Source: Octopus bimaculoides
Taxonomy: Eukaryota
Assembly: GCF_001194135.2 (NCBI RefSeq)
Contig: NC_068987.1
Coordinates: 48,737,124 to 48,801,123, forward strand
Direction of reading: 5' to 3'
Length of the DNA stretch: 64,000 bases
In this document: in pieces, positions 39,390 through 51,789 of the stretch
Layout of the letters: the number at the start of each line of letters is the position of its first letter
Numbering within the stretch: position 1 is the first letter of the stretch
The notes under the pieces: model-generated
Databases searched by the model: none
Seen by the model: only the letters and a program-made list of their open reading frames with translations
What the model was told of the DNA's origin: nothing
Position numbers and translations under genes: made by a program

Positions 39390-40460
39390 CAGGCTGAGTA
39401 AAAAGTAAGCAACGTTTTGAAACATGAAATTCATCACAATATATTTCAACAATGTGGAAATTTTATTCATCAAAGTAAGTACCATTACAATCAACACATT
39501 TTTGCCAACATGTAACAAGTTTGTTTTATTCCAGTAACATAAAAATCTGGAGTTCTGGAGCTGATGAACTCTTTGAATGCACTTTCAGCATCGGTTGATT
39601 TTTGAACTCCTTCTCTCACTGGAAACCATCAAGGTGCTTGAAAAAGTGGTGCTCGGTAGTAAAAAGATCTTGGGAATAAGCTGGGTGGGGAAGAACTTTG
39701 TAGCCAAGTTCCCTCAACTTCTGCATGTCGTCAAGCATTCAATGGCCCTCTTCTGTTGACCAGTCTGGAACGGAGGAGTAGCAGTTTTTCGTTCATTTTA
39801 GCAATTTCATGGCAATATGTTTGTGCAGTAATGGTTTTTCCGAGTTTTAAGAAGTTATAGTGGATGAGTCCAGCAGTACACCACCAAACAGTCACCATAA
39901 CCGTCTTTCTGAAGAGCTCAGATTTGGGGATTTCGGTGCTACATTTTGGTCCAACCACTGCGAAGAATGTTTTTTATTATTGTACAGAATCCACTTTTCA
40001 TCACAAGTTACAATACGGTTGAGAAAGGGATTGGTCTGGTTACAGAGAAGAAGCGACGAGCAAATTTCATATCTGCACATTTTCTGATTTTCATTCAAAT
40101 CGTGTGGTACTCATTTGTTGAGCTTTTTTGATTTTATGATTGCATGCAAATAGTTGCAGGCAGTTTTCTGGCTAACTTGAAGTTCTTTTTCCCAGTTCTC
40201 AAGTGGTTTTACGTGGATCTTTCTCAACGATGATCTTTAATTGACCGTCATCTATGACAGATGGTTGTCCACTACGCTCACGATCTTCAAGGTTCAGGTC
40301 TCCACTGCAAAATCATTTAAACCATTTTTGATCTGACCACTCACTGGTCCTTTCCTCACCAAATGTTTTCTTGATATCGCAAGCAGTTTCAGCTACTTTA
40401 TCTCCTTTTTGAAGTTGAATAGCAAAATTTCTCAAATGTAACTTTGGCAGCTCCATTTCA
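39390..40460 (-). mobile_element. Mariner (DD34D) transposon, near full-length transposase pseudogene, 5' TIR lost
   Basis: ATG at 40456 and TAA at 39463-39465. Encodes MELPKLHLR...FCSGDLNLEDRERSGQPS, IVTCDEKWILYNN, VMVTVWWCTAGLIHYNFL, HHFFKHLD and CVDCNGTYFDE, with frameshifts. TA-CAGGCTGAGTAAAAAGTAAG terminus at 39390. Confidence 0.92.
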
Positions 40461-40464
40461 GAAC

Positions 40465-41922
40465 TAGAGAAGTTTCAGGTGTGGAAGCAAGGATTAGAAT
40501 CAAAGGGCCTTAGAGTCAACCTAACTAAAACCAAAGTCCTAACAAGTAGGAAGATAGACAAACTACAGGTAGATGGCCCTGCTCGATCTGTAGAAAAGGC
40601 GTAGGTAGAAACTCTATAAGATGTACCCAGTGTAAGCTATGGACACATAAGTGGTGCAGCAATATCAAAGGAAGGATAACTAGCAAAACAGTTTTTGTAT
40701 GTGGTAGATGCTCAGGTGCAATAAACACTGAAAATGTGCAGAGAACAACTTCCGCCACATTCCAGGGAGAAAAGCTAGAAGTAGTTGATAGCTTCTGTTA
40801 CCTAGGTGACCAAGTTAGTAGTGGGGGTGGGTGCTCTGAAAGTGTAGCTGCTAGAATAAGAATAGCCTGGGCAAAGTTCAGAGAGCTCTTACCTCTGCTG
40901 GTGACAAAGGGCCTCTTGCTCAGAGTAAAAGGCAGACTGTATGATGCATGTGTACAAACAGCCATGCTACATGGCAGTAAAACATGGGCTGTGACTGCTG
41001 AGGACATGCTTAAGCTTGCAAGGAATGAAGCCAGTATGCTCCGATGGATGTGTAATGTCAGTGTGCATACCCGACAGAGTGTAAGTACCTTGAGAGAAAA
41101 GTTAGACCTAAGAAGCATCAGTTGTGATGTGCAAGAGAGACGATTGCGCTTGTATGGTCATGTGGTGAGAATGGATAGCTGTGTGAAAAAGTGCTACACC
41201 ATAATGGTTGAGGGAACCTGTGGAAGACGCAGACCCAGGAAGACCTGGGATGAGGTGGTGAAGCATGACCTTCGAACATTAGGCCTCACCGAGGCAATGA
41301 CTAGTGACCGAGACCTTTGGAAATATGCTGTGCATGAGAAGACCCTGCAAGACAAATGAGACAATAACCCGTGGCCTTTACCAGGTGTGTAACCAGCTCA
41401 CTTACGCATACCTTTCCTTTCCTTCTTTGAACACTAAACTCTGCTTGTGAAGACCTGTTGAGACAAGTGAAATCAAAATCAAACCAAATTCGATGACTGG
41501 CACCCGTGCCAGTGGAGCGCTAGCAGCACCATCCAAGCGGGATCATTGCCAGAGCAGCTGTCTGGCTTTTGTGTCGGTGGCATGTAACAAGCACCATTTG
41601 AGCATGATCGTTACCAGCGTCACCTTACTGGCACTTGTGCCGATGGAATGTGAACAAAACATTCGAGCGAGGTCATTGCCAGTTCTGCTGGACTGACTCC
41701 TGTGCAGGTGGCACGTAAAAAACACCATTTGAGCGTGGCTGTTGCCAGTACCGCCTGACTGGCCCTCGTGCTGGTGGCACGTAAAGGCAACCACTACACT
41801 CTCGGAGTGGTTGGCATTAAGAAGGGCAGCTTGGTGCAGCCATCTCATTCGCCAGTCCTCAGTCAAATTGTCCAAACCATGCTAGCATGGAAAGCGGACG
41901 TTAAACGATGATGATGATGATG
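40465..41922 (+). mobile_element. RTE-clade LINE, 5'-truncated: RT C-terminus with a Cys-rich PHD-like insert, 3' UTR and (GAT)n tail
   Basis: WPCSICRKGVGRNSIRCTQCKLWTHKWCS...FVCGRC, then LEVVDSFCYLGD...AWAKFRELLPLL...ERRLRLYGHVVRM...RPRKTWDEVVKHDL (ORF 40736-41359); tail gatgatgatgatgatg at about 41907-41922. Confidence 0.93.
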
Positions 41923-42295
41923 TTTGTAGCAACGGTGAAAAAAATACCAATGTTAATTGATGCATTTAGGCAAGTCTGTGTCTGTATTATCAGACAATTG
42001 CAATAAAATGTTGAAAAAAATTCAAANNNNNNNNNNNNNNNNNNNNNNNNNNNNNNNNNNNNNNNNNNNNNNNNNNNNNNNNNNNNNNNNNNNNNNNNNN
42101 NNNNNNNNNNNNNNNNNNNNNNNNNNNNNNNNNNNNNNNNNNNNNNNNNNNNNNNNNNNNNNNNNNNNNNNNNNNNNNNNNNNNNNNNNNNNNNNNNNNN
42201 NNNNNNNNNNNNNNNNNNNNNNNNNNNNNNNNNNNNNNNNNNNNNNNNNNNNNNNNNNNNNNNNNNNNNNNNNNNNNNNNNNNNNNNNNNNNNNN

Positions 42296-42336
<41 letters not shown>

Positions 42337-43544
42337 GAAACACAGATTTGTATAATTACATACCTTACACCAAATGCATACATATCTGCACATAAGCATA
42401 TGCAACCTTGCTCCCTTCCACGTAGTCATCAGATGCCTCAAGTTTTATGTGCGCACACACAAAAGTGCCTCACAATTTACACATGGCGAACACACATTAC
42501 TCATCTCATGCTTCATACCATATGCGTGCATACATACACATCACTAACACCATGGACCCGCATACCAAGTAACAAACATCGCATATCTTTTCACTGAATA
42601 CACACCTTATGTATCACATACCATTTTTAGGCATACTTCACACGGAACCATTTAACATGTTCCTCGTATATCATTAACTATTAATCTGGGAAATAATTGA
42701 AAGGCCCTTAACCATGAACAATGTTCATCCTCCCTCAATCAAATATATAAAAACCAGAAACCCCTGCTTGATGAAGGTCAACTTGTGGCTGCAATAACTA
42801 AATAAAAATCTTTGTATAGGTGCAGGTATGGCTGTGTGGTAAGAAGTTTGCTTCCCAACTGCATTGTTCCAGGTTGTCCCATTGCATGACACATTGGGCA
42901 AGTGTCTTCTGCTGTAGACCAGGGTTGACCAAATTCTTGTGAGTGGATTTAGTGGATGGAAACTGAAAGAAGCTTGTCGTGTTTGTCCCTTTGCCACTGC
43001 CTGACAACTGTTGTTTGTTTCTTTGTCTCTGTAACTTAGTGCTTCAGCATAAGAGACTGATAGAGTAAGTACTAGGCTTGAAAAGGAAAATACTGGGGTC
43101 AATTTGTTTGATTAAAAACCCTTCAAAGCAACACATCATAACTGAAAGAAGTAAAAGATAAAAAATACTGCACCTCCATATATTGTACTCACACACACAC
43201 TCACGTATGCTCTCTCACATACATGCACACACATTCACTCTTACCTACTTCCTCTTGGCTGCAGCAGTTGAGTATCATCTCTGCAGTTCTATTCTGAAAG
43301 GTCACCCAGGATTTAATTGGCTGTCAATATAAGTGAGTGCATAATAATGACTGACCAAGACAAAGCAAATTTTTGCCTGTCAAATTGACTATAGCCGTTT
43401 CTACTACATCCATAAACAATTACATCTCTGACATCTATGAACAATTACATCTCTGACTAGTGAAATTAATTAATTACATCATATTAACTGACTATACACG
43501 CACGCACTTTATACTGATATGTACAAACATGATCATATGTTTAA

Positions 43545-43764
43545 CTCTTTAGCATTTAAACCGGCAATATCTGGCCAAAATATACTACTTGTTTAATGTT
43601 CAAACTGGCCAAATTTGGTCTCTTACACCTATCCTACAATGTCATACTAAAAGTAAACAATCACATCATTGAAATCTCAAAACTACAAGACAGTGCATGA
43701 TTAATTCAAGAGAATGTTAATAAATTAGCATTACATTTGACAGAATAATCTGAATGCTAAAGGG
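43545..43764. mobile_element. piggyBac-type MITE
   Basis: TTAA-CTCTTTAGCATT...AATGCTAAAGGG-TTAC. A second TTAA-flanked MITE family appears near 1495-1625/1803-2140, 14620-14823, 15030-15170 and 28560-28790. Confidence 0.7.
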
Positions 43765-44684
43765 TTACATAGTTTGCTTCCCGACTATGTGGTTTTGGGT
43801 TCAGTACCACTGCATCTTGGGCAAGTGTTTTCTGGCACTAGCTTGACCAAAACCTTGTGAAGTTTCTGCGGAGTGAAACTGAAAGAAGTCTACCCTGTGT
43901 GGTGTTTGTGTCACTTTGTCTTGACTGTGTGATAGTTGTAAAGGAGCATCACCATCATACAAGCAGTGGCCTTCAGGTCTAATCTTCGTGGTTGTGTCAG
44001 GCCATGGGGGAGTATTACTTTGCTCAGAAACATGCTTTTGTTGTAAGGAAATCGCACAAAATTTTAAACTTGAAATCATTCAAACCCTAAAAATTGAAAT
44101 AATGATCTATTTTCAATTTCTTTTTTAATATTTTTATTGTTTTTGAGTATAAATTTAAATTCTCATTTAAGAAAAAATATTATAAATGTGAATTGGTAAA
44201 ATATTTAGAATCTCAGGTAAAATGCCCTACAGTATCCCACTATGTTCTTTTACATTTTATGTTCAAAACCCACTGATGCAGGCTTTGACTTTTGCCCTTT
44301 TCTAGGGTTGACAATATACAATAAATACCAGTCATGTACCAGGGTCAGTTTGGAATTTCTTTAAAGCATCCTAGATGTGAATAGAACTATAATAGAACTC
44401 TCTGCCCAACAATTTTAATTTATAGAAAAAATATATTAAAAAAATCCACATGGAACTGAGAAAAGGAAAGATGAAAACAAAGGAAGTTTTCTAATGTCCA
44501 TTAAAATTCTTTTTCTTTTGAAGTTTATAATTAAAAATCTTTGCTTTCCAATTTTAATTTATAAAAGAAAATATTAAATTAGAATTTTACATTGAAAAAA
44601 ATAAAATTGAGAAAAATAAAAATAATAGAATTGAAATTTCTCATCATTGATAATTATCATAAAAGCTTTTCTTTTTCATTGTAG

Positions 44685-44877
44685 GTTCAGCGCACAATAG
44701 CTAAGCAAATATATTTGATTAAGAGTATAGGAAAAGGTCGGTATGGTGAGGTGTGGAAAGGCAAGTGGAGAGGGGAAAATGTTGCAGTGAAGATATTTTT
44801 TACCACAGAAGAAGATAGTTGGTTCAGAGAAACTGAACTTTACCAAACAGTGCTGCTTAGACATGATAATATATTAG
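44685..44877 (+). CDS. BMPR1: BMP type I receptor, kinase exon 1 (P-loop, VAVK, alphaC)
   Basis: gtAG acceptor, GTaagg donor; 193 nt, phase 0 to 1. Encodes [64 protein letters not shown]; GKGRYGEV and FFTTEExSWFRETE are ALK3/6/Tkv signatures. Confidence 0.97.
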
Positions 44878-44971
44878 GTAAGGAAAACAAACAGCTTTCT
44901 GTTTTAGCATACATGCATGCACATACACACTTATGTGCATAAATGCATAGTGTGTGTATGGATGTGTATGT

Positions 44972-46250
44972 ATCACTGTATCAACCAGACTAGCAGACTT
45001 GCTGGTTGCAATGTGTTTCCAATTCTTCCTTGATTACACCATTCTTTTCCATCTTGTCTCAAATTGTTTAACTAAATCATCTTCCCATCATTGTGGGAGC
45101 CTTTCAAGTAGCCCCTTTTCTGCTCTCTTGGATACCATTTGGCAATTGCACAGGCCTACCTGTTGTTTGAACCTTGCGACATGTCCAGCCCAACAGAACT
45201 TGTGCTTTTGGTATTCTGTGATTACATTGTTCATTCCATTCCATTCTTGAATTATCTCATTTCAAACATGCTCTTGAAAAGATATTCCTAGCATGGATCA
45301 TTCCATGTTCTTTTGTGTCATAGCCAATTGATGTTCTTCCATTTTCATAGTTGACCATGTCTCACATATAAGAGCACAGGTAGGATGATGCTATTGAAGA
45401 GTCTCACATATATGGTCTGCTTTGTTTTGAGCACATTCTTTATTGAGGTAAATGTTTTCCATCTTGCCCTTATTCTTTTTGAGATTTCAGCATTCATGTG
45501 TTGGCACATATTTACTGTGTCCTAAGTAAATGTTCTCCTTTACTTCCTTGATTTCGTCATTTCCTACATGTATTTGGCCTTGCACTACATCTTTCGACTG
45601 CATGTATTTTGTTTTTATGTGGTTCATTTTAAGGTCTACTGCTGAACCAAGGGTGTTGATCTCTGTCTCTATAGTCTGCAGCTGATCTGTGGTTATAACC
45701 ATTAGTGTAATGTCATCTGTGAATCAGAGGTGTTTTAGTAGCTACCATTGATGTCTACATCACCTGTCCAATCAAAGTCTCTGATGACATGCATTGAAGA
45801 GTTGTAGAGAGATGATATCTCCTTATTTGACACCCTTCCTAATTGGAACTCTTACTTGTGGCAATAACAGAGCTATATCTTGGTGCATCCAGAGTTCACA
45901 TCTCTGAGCAATTTGATGTATTGCATCTCGACACCTTGCATTTCCATAGATTACAAGACTGCGTTTGTCTTGACACTATCAAAGGCCTTTTCATAGTCAA
46001 TGAAAGTGAAGCACTGAGGCAGTGTGTATTCATTCACTCATTCTACAAGTTGTGCTGATGTGAATATGTGATCTATTGTATTGTAGTTCTTACAGAAACC
46101 TACTTGCTCCCTTAATTTCTGATCATCGAGGAGTTTTGATAGTCTGGTGAGGATGACCTTTGTAAACAGCTTATAGAAGTGTGATGCGGTATATGGGGCG
46201 ATAGTTTCTTAAATCTTCTTTACCAGCCTTATTATGAAGCAACATGGTGT
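44972..46250 (-). mobile_element. Decayed RTE/BovB-like LINE reverse transcriptase
   Basis: Minus strand reads EDLRNYRPI...EQVGFCKNYNTIDHIF...FIDYEKAFDSV...FTDDITL...LKMNHIKTKYM...YLGH; many stops. Confidence 0.85.
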
Positions 46251-46479
46251 ATGACTCTTGTATGATGTGTGTGTGTGTGCATGTACTTATGCACATATCT
46301 TCTTTTTCTATTTTACTTATTCCAACCACTGGGCTCTTGCTAAGCTGGAGCCTACTACCTGTACTGTCACAATTCATTTTTTTGTGCTTGATATTTGTTC
46401 AATTAGTTTCATGATGAACCCTTCCACAGCATCTCCTGTTGTGTTATGTATTTTATGTTCTGTTAATTGGATCTCATGC

Positions 46480-46978
46480 TCTAGATGTAGTGTACTAGAG
46501 AGAAGACTGTACTGTTATGGTCATGTGATGTGTATTGATCAGGACAGCTGCATAAAGAAGTGCCAATCTCTAATTGTGATGGGAGCATGTGGAAGGGGTA
46601 GACCCAGAAAGATGTGGGACAAAGTGGTGAGAAAGGATCTTCAAACATTTGGCCTCACAGAGATAAGGGACTAAAAATTCTGGCGGTTTGCTGTGCTTGA
46701 GAAGATCTGTCAAGTTAAGTAAAATTGTGGTTGTCTTGCATACAGGTATATCACCTACATCTCTCTTTAGCTGAATGATTCTAATTTTCCAGGCTTGTGG
46801 GTGCTGGTACTGCGTAAAAGCACCCAGTATACTCTGTAAAGTGGTTGGTGTTAGGAAGAACATCCAGACACAGAAACCATGCCAAAACAGACGTGGAGCC
46901 TGAGCAGCTGGTCAGCTCCTGTCAAACCATCCAACCCATGTCAGCATGGAAATGGACATTAAATGATGATGATGATCA
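46480..46978 (+). mobile_element. RTE LINE 3' end
   Basis: ERRLYCYGHVMCIDQDSCIKKCQSL...GRGRPRKMWDKVVRKDL, followed by the family UTR and a gatgatgat tail. Confidence 0.85.
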
Positions 46979-47511
46979 TATATAGAGAGATGGTATCTCC
47001 TTGTTTGACACCCTTTCCAAACCTTAATTCATAATTTTTACCATATTAACAAGGTTATTTCTTATCACAAATATCAAATCGAAGTGTGATACTTCAGTGT
47101 ATTAGATGCTAGTAGAAAAGCGATTGAACAAATTATTTGTGAAGCAAATGAGACACGTTTAGAGATTGAACAATACAGTTAAAGGGTGTATAATTATTTA
47201 TATTATTAAATGTGTGATGAGGAAAAGGCAGACACTCAGCAATGTAATTGGTAAAAGGGTTGCTTGGCAAGCAATAGGTGCGAAACTAGAGATATAGAGC
47301 ACTAGGCCTAATTTTTTTTTCTGTCTCAAATTGTATTTAATAATGTGTATTTATGTGTGTGTGTCTGTCTATACATACATATACAGCTGGTCGTCTCCCT
47401 CATATTACTGTAGTTTGTAGTTGACAATTATTTTATTTATCTATGCATATGTTTATGCATGCACACACAATATACACATGCAATCTCATGCATAGACATT
47501 TTCTCTGTCAG

Positions 47512-47554
<43 letters not shown>

Positions 47555-47697
47555 CTCTCTCTCACTCTCTCATACACACTAATGTGAGCGCACACACATA
47601 CACATTGTCTCTCACTTACACCCACACATTTTCACTCGCGCATAATCTTCAAACACAAACATTCATTGATACATGTTCATTTTCACACACACACACA

Positions 47698-47735
<38 letters not shown>

Positions 47736-48476
47736 NNNNNNNNNNNNNNNNNNNNNNNNNNNNNNNNNNNNNNNNNNNNNNNNNNNNNNNNNNNNNNNNN
47801 NNNNNNNNNNNNNNNNNNNNNNNNNNNNNNNNNNNNNNNNNNNNNNNNNNNNNNCACATATTGTTATCCTCTGGGAGTGTCATGTTGGTGATAAAGCAGA
47901 CACACTGGTTGCTGGTTGTGTTTCATTGCAATTTTACTACCAGTTAATTAGACATTTGGTTAATTAATATATTAATTGATTAATCAAGTTCTTTCATCAC
48001 AGCCTCTGACTTCACATATTTCTTTCATGCTATAACACTCCTTGCTGCTAGTTTCTATTATGGAATCTAATGGTTGGTCACAGGGTGTGAAGAAAAATCT
48101 TTGACATACCAATTAATTCATTTATTATATAATTAACTGATAATATAACTACTGTAATGAAATTTGACCAATGTGTTTTATGGGCAGCATGTCCCTTCCA
48201 AAGTACAAAAGTGTATGTGTGTGTATGTATATATATATATATATATATATATGCGCACACGCACACACACAAACACAAACACACAAGTGAAATGGCTAGA
48301 GGATCTCATGACGAACCTATTTAAATATTCACCTGAGGAAGTGCACTCCACATCTTGGATGTTAAATAATGATTGCACAACACCTCACCTATTTACTACA
48401 GGTGTGAGAATGTATCCAAACAATTGTAGTGATTTTTAAATAAATGATGTTAATTCCATTTTCTTTCATATACATG

Positions 48477-48522
<46 letters not shown>

Positions 48523-48942
48523 NNNNNNNNNNNNNNNNNNNNNNNNNNNNNNNNNNNNNNNNNNNNNNNNNNNNNNNNNNNNNNNNNNNNNNNNNNNNNN
48601 NNNNNNNNNNNNNNNNNNNNNATATATATGTATACAGCTGTTTGTAAAGACATATTATGGATAAATTATAGTTTGTTGTGGTAAATACCAAGATTACTCT
48701 ATAACTGATGTTTTGGTAGCATACAAGATGGAGTTAGAAACATTTTTCAGAAGCCTGAAAAAGAGCAATAGATCTTCTATCACCTTATAAGAAGTAGGTT
48801 TTTGTTATTGACACATTGTGATACATTACTTACTTCATTGTGTGTATTATATGTTCAAGTCTTGCTGCAAACATTTCACTATATATATATTTTTTTTTAT
48901 TTTAATTTTTTTTTTTTTGGCCTTTGTTGAATCTGCAGTAGG

Positions 48943-49400
48943 ATAACCTTTGTTGACCATTCAAGACTGGAGACCTTGATGCAGCTAACGATTTGTTTTA
49001 ACTATTGCAGGTCAACAACTGCCGGGGAAAAAAGTATGAACAGAGAGAAAATTCCAGATACTGTTGGGGAAGAACTGGGGATAATGGTTTATGTGGGGAT
49101 GAAAGGGTTGAATGCACCAAGACTGAGAAGAAATATAAAGACAAGTGGGTTGCAAGTGTTTGAGTGGTGGATATATGAGACTGACCAGTTCTATAGTATA
49201 GAGTGAGGCAGACCGACAGCATTCCTGTGGGTCACAGGCCGAAGTATATCCGTTAATGATTGGATACTGATCAGTTAAGTGATTCTTCAAGATGTGGTTT
49301 TGGATATCTGAGTGTAACAGTAGTACCATTCCAGATACAGGAGCAATACTTCATTGTGGTTTTCACTTGAGCTTCATATTGTGTCAGCAGCTATTGAAAG
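48943..49400 (-). mobile_element. CR1/L2/Jockey-group LINE 3' fragment
   Basis: Minus strand reads YEAQVKTTMKYCSCIWNG...IQNHILK...ELVSLIYPPLKHLQPT...HINHYPQFFPNSIWNFL, a degenerate RPxxEYC...WN.LP LINE C-terminus. A related piece lies at about 27540-27740. Confidence 0.6.
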
Positions 49401-50689
49401 CCACAATATTATCTTTCATCAAAAATACAATTCAAATTACGTGTTTTGCTTACTAAATCTGTATCCCAAACTAAAATTTTGATGTGGCTTTTTTCCTCTC
49501 ACTATAATCATATGAAAGTTATTTTCTCTTTTAACTTCCAATAGTTCAAACTAAACACCAGTCACACTGACCACCATTTAAGTTGTCTCTCAGTCTAGGA
49601 GGGACTGAAGCAAAACAATTATTGCAGTGGATTTTTCTCCTTTTATACAAAAAAACAAAAACAAAAAAGAACCAGCTTCTTTGAAAAATCAACTACATTT
49701 TCAGTATTCAAACCAAAGACAATATCACCATTCACTATTTCTTAAACCGTGGAGTTTTAGGTTACAGCCTTTAAACTAGATTGTAAATTGTACCCACTAA
49801 AGGAAATTAAATCCTCTCTTATATTTGAACTCATTGGATAAGATGGTGAATTGTCAAAGTTGTTAGTGTTAGATAGAATACTTTATGATGTTTGTTCCAG
49901 CTCTCTATGATCTGAGTTCAAATCCTGTCAAGGCCAACTTTGCCTTTCATTTTGTAGGGGGTGGGGGAATCAGTTAAAAGAAAGCACCAATCCAAGGTGG
50001 TGGATTGGCAAAACTGTAAGGATGTTGGACTGGATGCCTTACAATATTTGTTTTGGCTGTTTGTATTCTTGAGTTCAAATCCCGCTGTGGCCTACTTGGG
50101 TGGTAGATTTAATCTGTGGTCTAACTCAACACCACTACTTAGCACCTTGGGTGCCTTTTGTGGGTTTAAATCGGTTCCAAGTATCCAGGCTGGATTTCTG
50201 GTTTGAAGTTTTCTCTCTTCCTTCCAATAGTTTCAGAGACCCTGAATGGACATTTGGCTTTGCTTTCCCTCCTGACTAAAAGTTAAAAAAATACAAAGAT
50301 GATATTTTTAAAATACACAAATAGAAAAATAGTGCAAGCAGAATGAATTATTATAATATAGCTATAATTGTTCATTAGAGGGATCAAAATAAGTTGATAG
50401 AGGTATGGTCTGAACTAAGAACTATGTTATGCTGGACTAAAGTAGTACCTTGTATTTTAATTTTGTTTTTCCTATTGTATTTATTATAAAAAAAGAGCAG
50501 CAGCTGTTGGAGGCTTCACTGACACTTCATTATATTCATGGCCCAGTACACCATAGTTGTAAAACAGGTCCTATGGATGATATAGATTGTATGGGCTGAT
50601 TGGATATGGATGATTTGGCACTGAAGGCATACACACTCTCACTTACACACACCCACATGCATGCACTTTGTGTGTGTATGTATATGTGT

Positions 50690-50983
50690 ATTACATTGTA
50701 TCTATAATAGCCTCTGTTCCACAGAACTGGCTGGTCTCATACATCCACCACTCAAATACTTGCAATCCACTTGTCTTTCCATCTCTTTTCAGTCCTGGTG
50801 CATTCAACCCCCTCATCCCCACATAAACCATTTTTATTACCCCAGTCCTCTCTCCCTGCACCATCATCCCTCTAGAATCTCCCTGTTCATGTTTTTTTTT
50901 GCTAGCAGGTGTTGACCTGCAATAGTTAAATGAAGCATTAGCAGCATCAAGCTCTCTGGTCTTGGATGGTCAACAAAGGTTAT
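50690..50983 (+). mobile_element. CR1/L2/Jockey-group LINE 3' fragment, inverted relative to 48943-49400
   Basis: Encodes CIYNSLCSTELAGLIHPPLKYLQST...QPPHPHINHF; reverse complement of 48943-49195. Confidence 0.6.
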
Positions 50984-51609
50984 GGGCACTGTACCTTTCT
51001 GCAAACTCAACAAGGATAAAAAAGTACAATGCAATGCTCAAAGCAAAACCTGAACATATAACACACAATTTGAGTGAGAGAAATAGTAAATGGAAGTGAA
51101 GAAATTGAGTTTTCCCCCTTTTTATGACATAAAGCAGAAATGATATTTTCTGTATCTATAGTTTCATTTAGTTTTTAATTTGGTAATTACGAGCATTTCT
51201 ATACTTTTTTGTTTTAGTTTCTGCAGTGTTCCATGCCCAACTAGCAAAAATCAGTTGTTACATAAAAAATTTGTTTATGTTAAACGAATTCTGCACCAAA
51301 TCAACAACACCAAAATTGCCAACATTAGAACATCCTCAACCCTAATCACAGCACATCACTGTTGACACCAGGAGCACAGTATAAATTATATTTGTCTGAT
51401 GCATAGAGCAGTGGGCATTAAAACAACAATGATGAGGATAATCCAGTTTGCTGATAAAAATAAGTGCTGGTCATATATTGGAATTCTGCTGATTATACAC
51501 TTTTCTTTTTACCAGATGCTTGTCTTTCAGTAGAAAGAGCTCATTATAACGAGTAGTCTTATGTTACATAATGAAAGTAAACTTTCCTCTTTCTCTTCTT
51601 GTCTTTTAG

Positions 51610-51789
51610 GATTTCTAGCTGCTGATATCAAAGGTACACAGCTATATCTCATAACAGACTACCATGATCATGGGTCACTATATGATTTCCTTAGGGCAAA
51701 CACATTGAATGCTGTTGATATGATGCGCTTAGCTCACTCAACAGTAGCAGGTCTTGCATTCCTTCATGCAGAAATATATGGAGCAAAAG
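51610..51789 (+). CDS. BMPR1: BMP type I receptor, kinase exon 2 (shortened L45 loop, hinge)
   Basis: ttttAG acceptor, GTcagt donor; 180 nt, phase 1 to 1. Encodes (G)[59 protein letters not shown]. Confidence 0.96.

Noticed and set aside
42730-42810. TTGATGAAGGTCAAC...AATAAA as a Penelope pseudo-LTR hammerhead
   Set aside because: It lacks the CUGA start and any downstream GAAAC or helix II; too degenerate to call.
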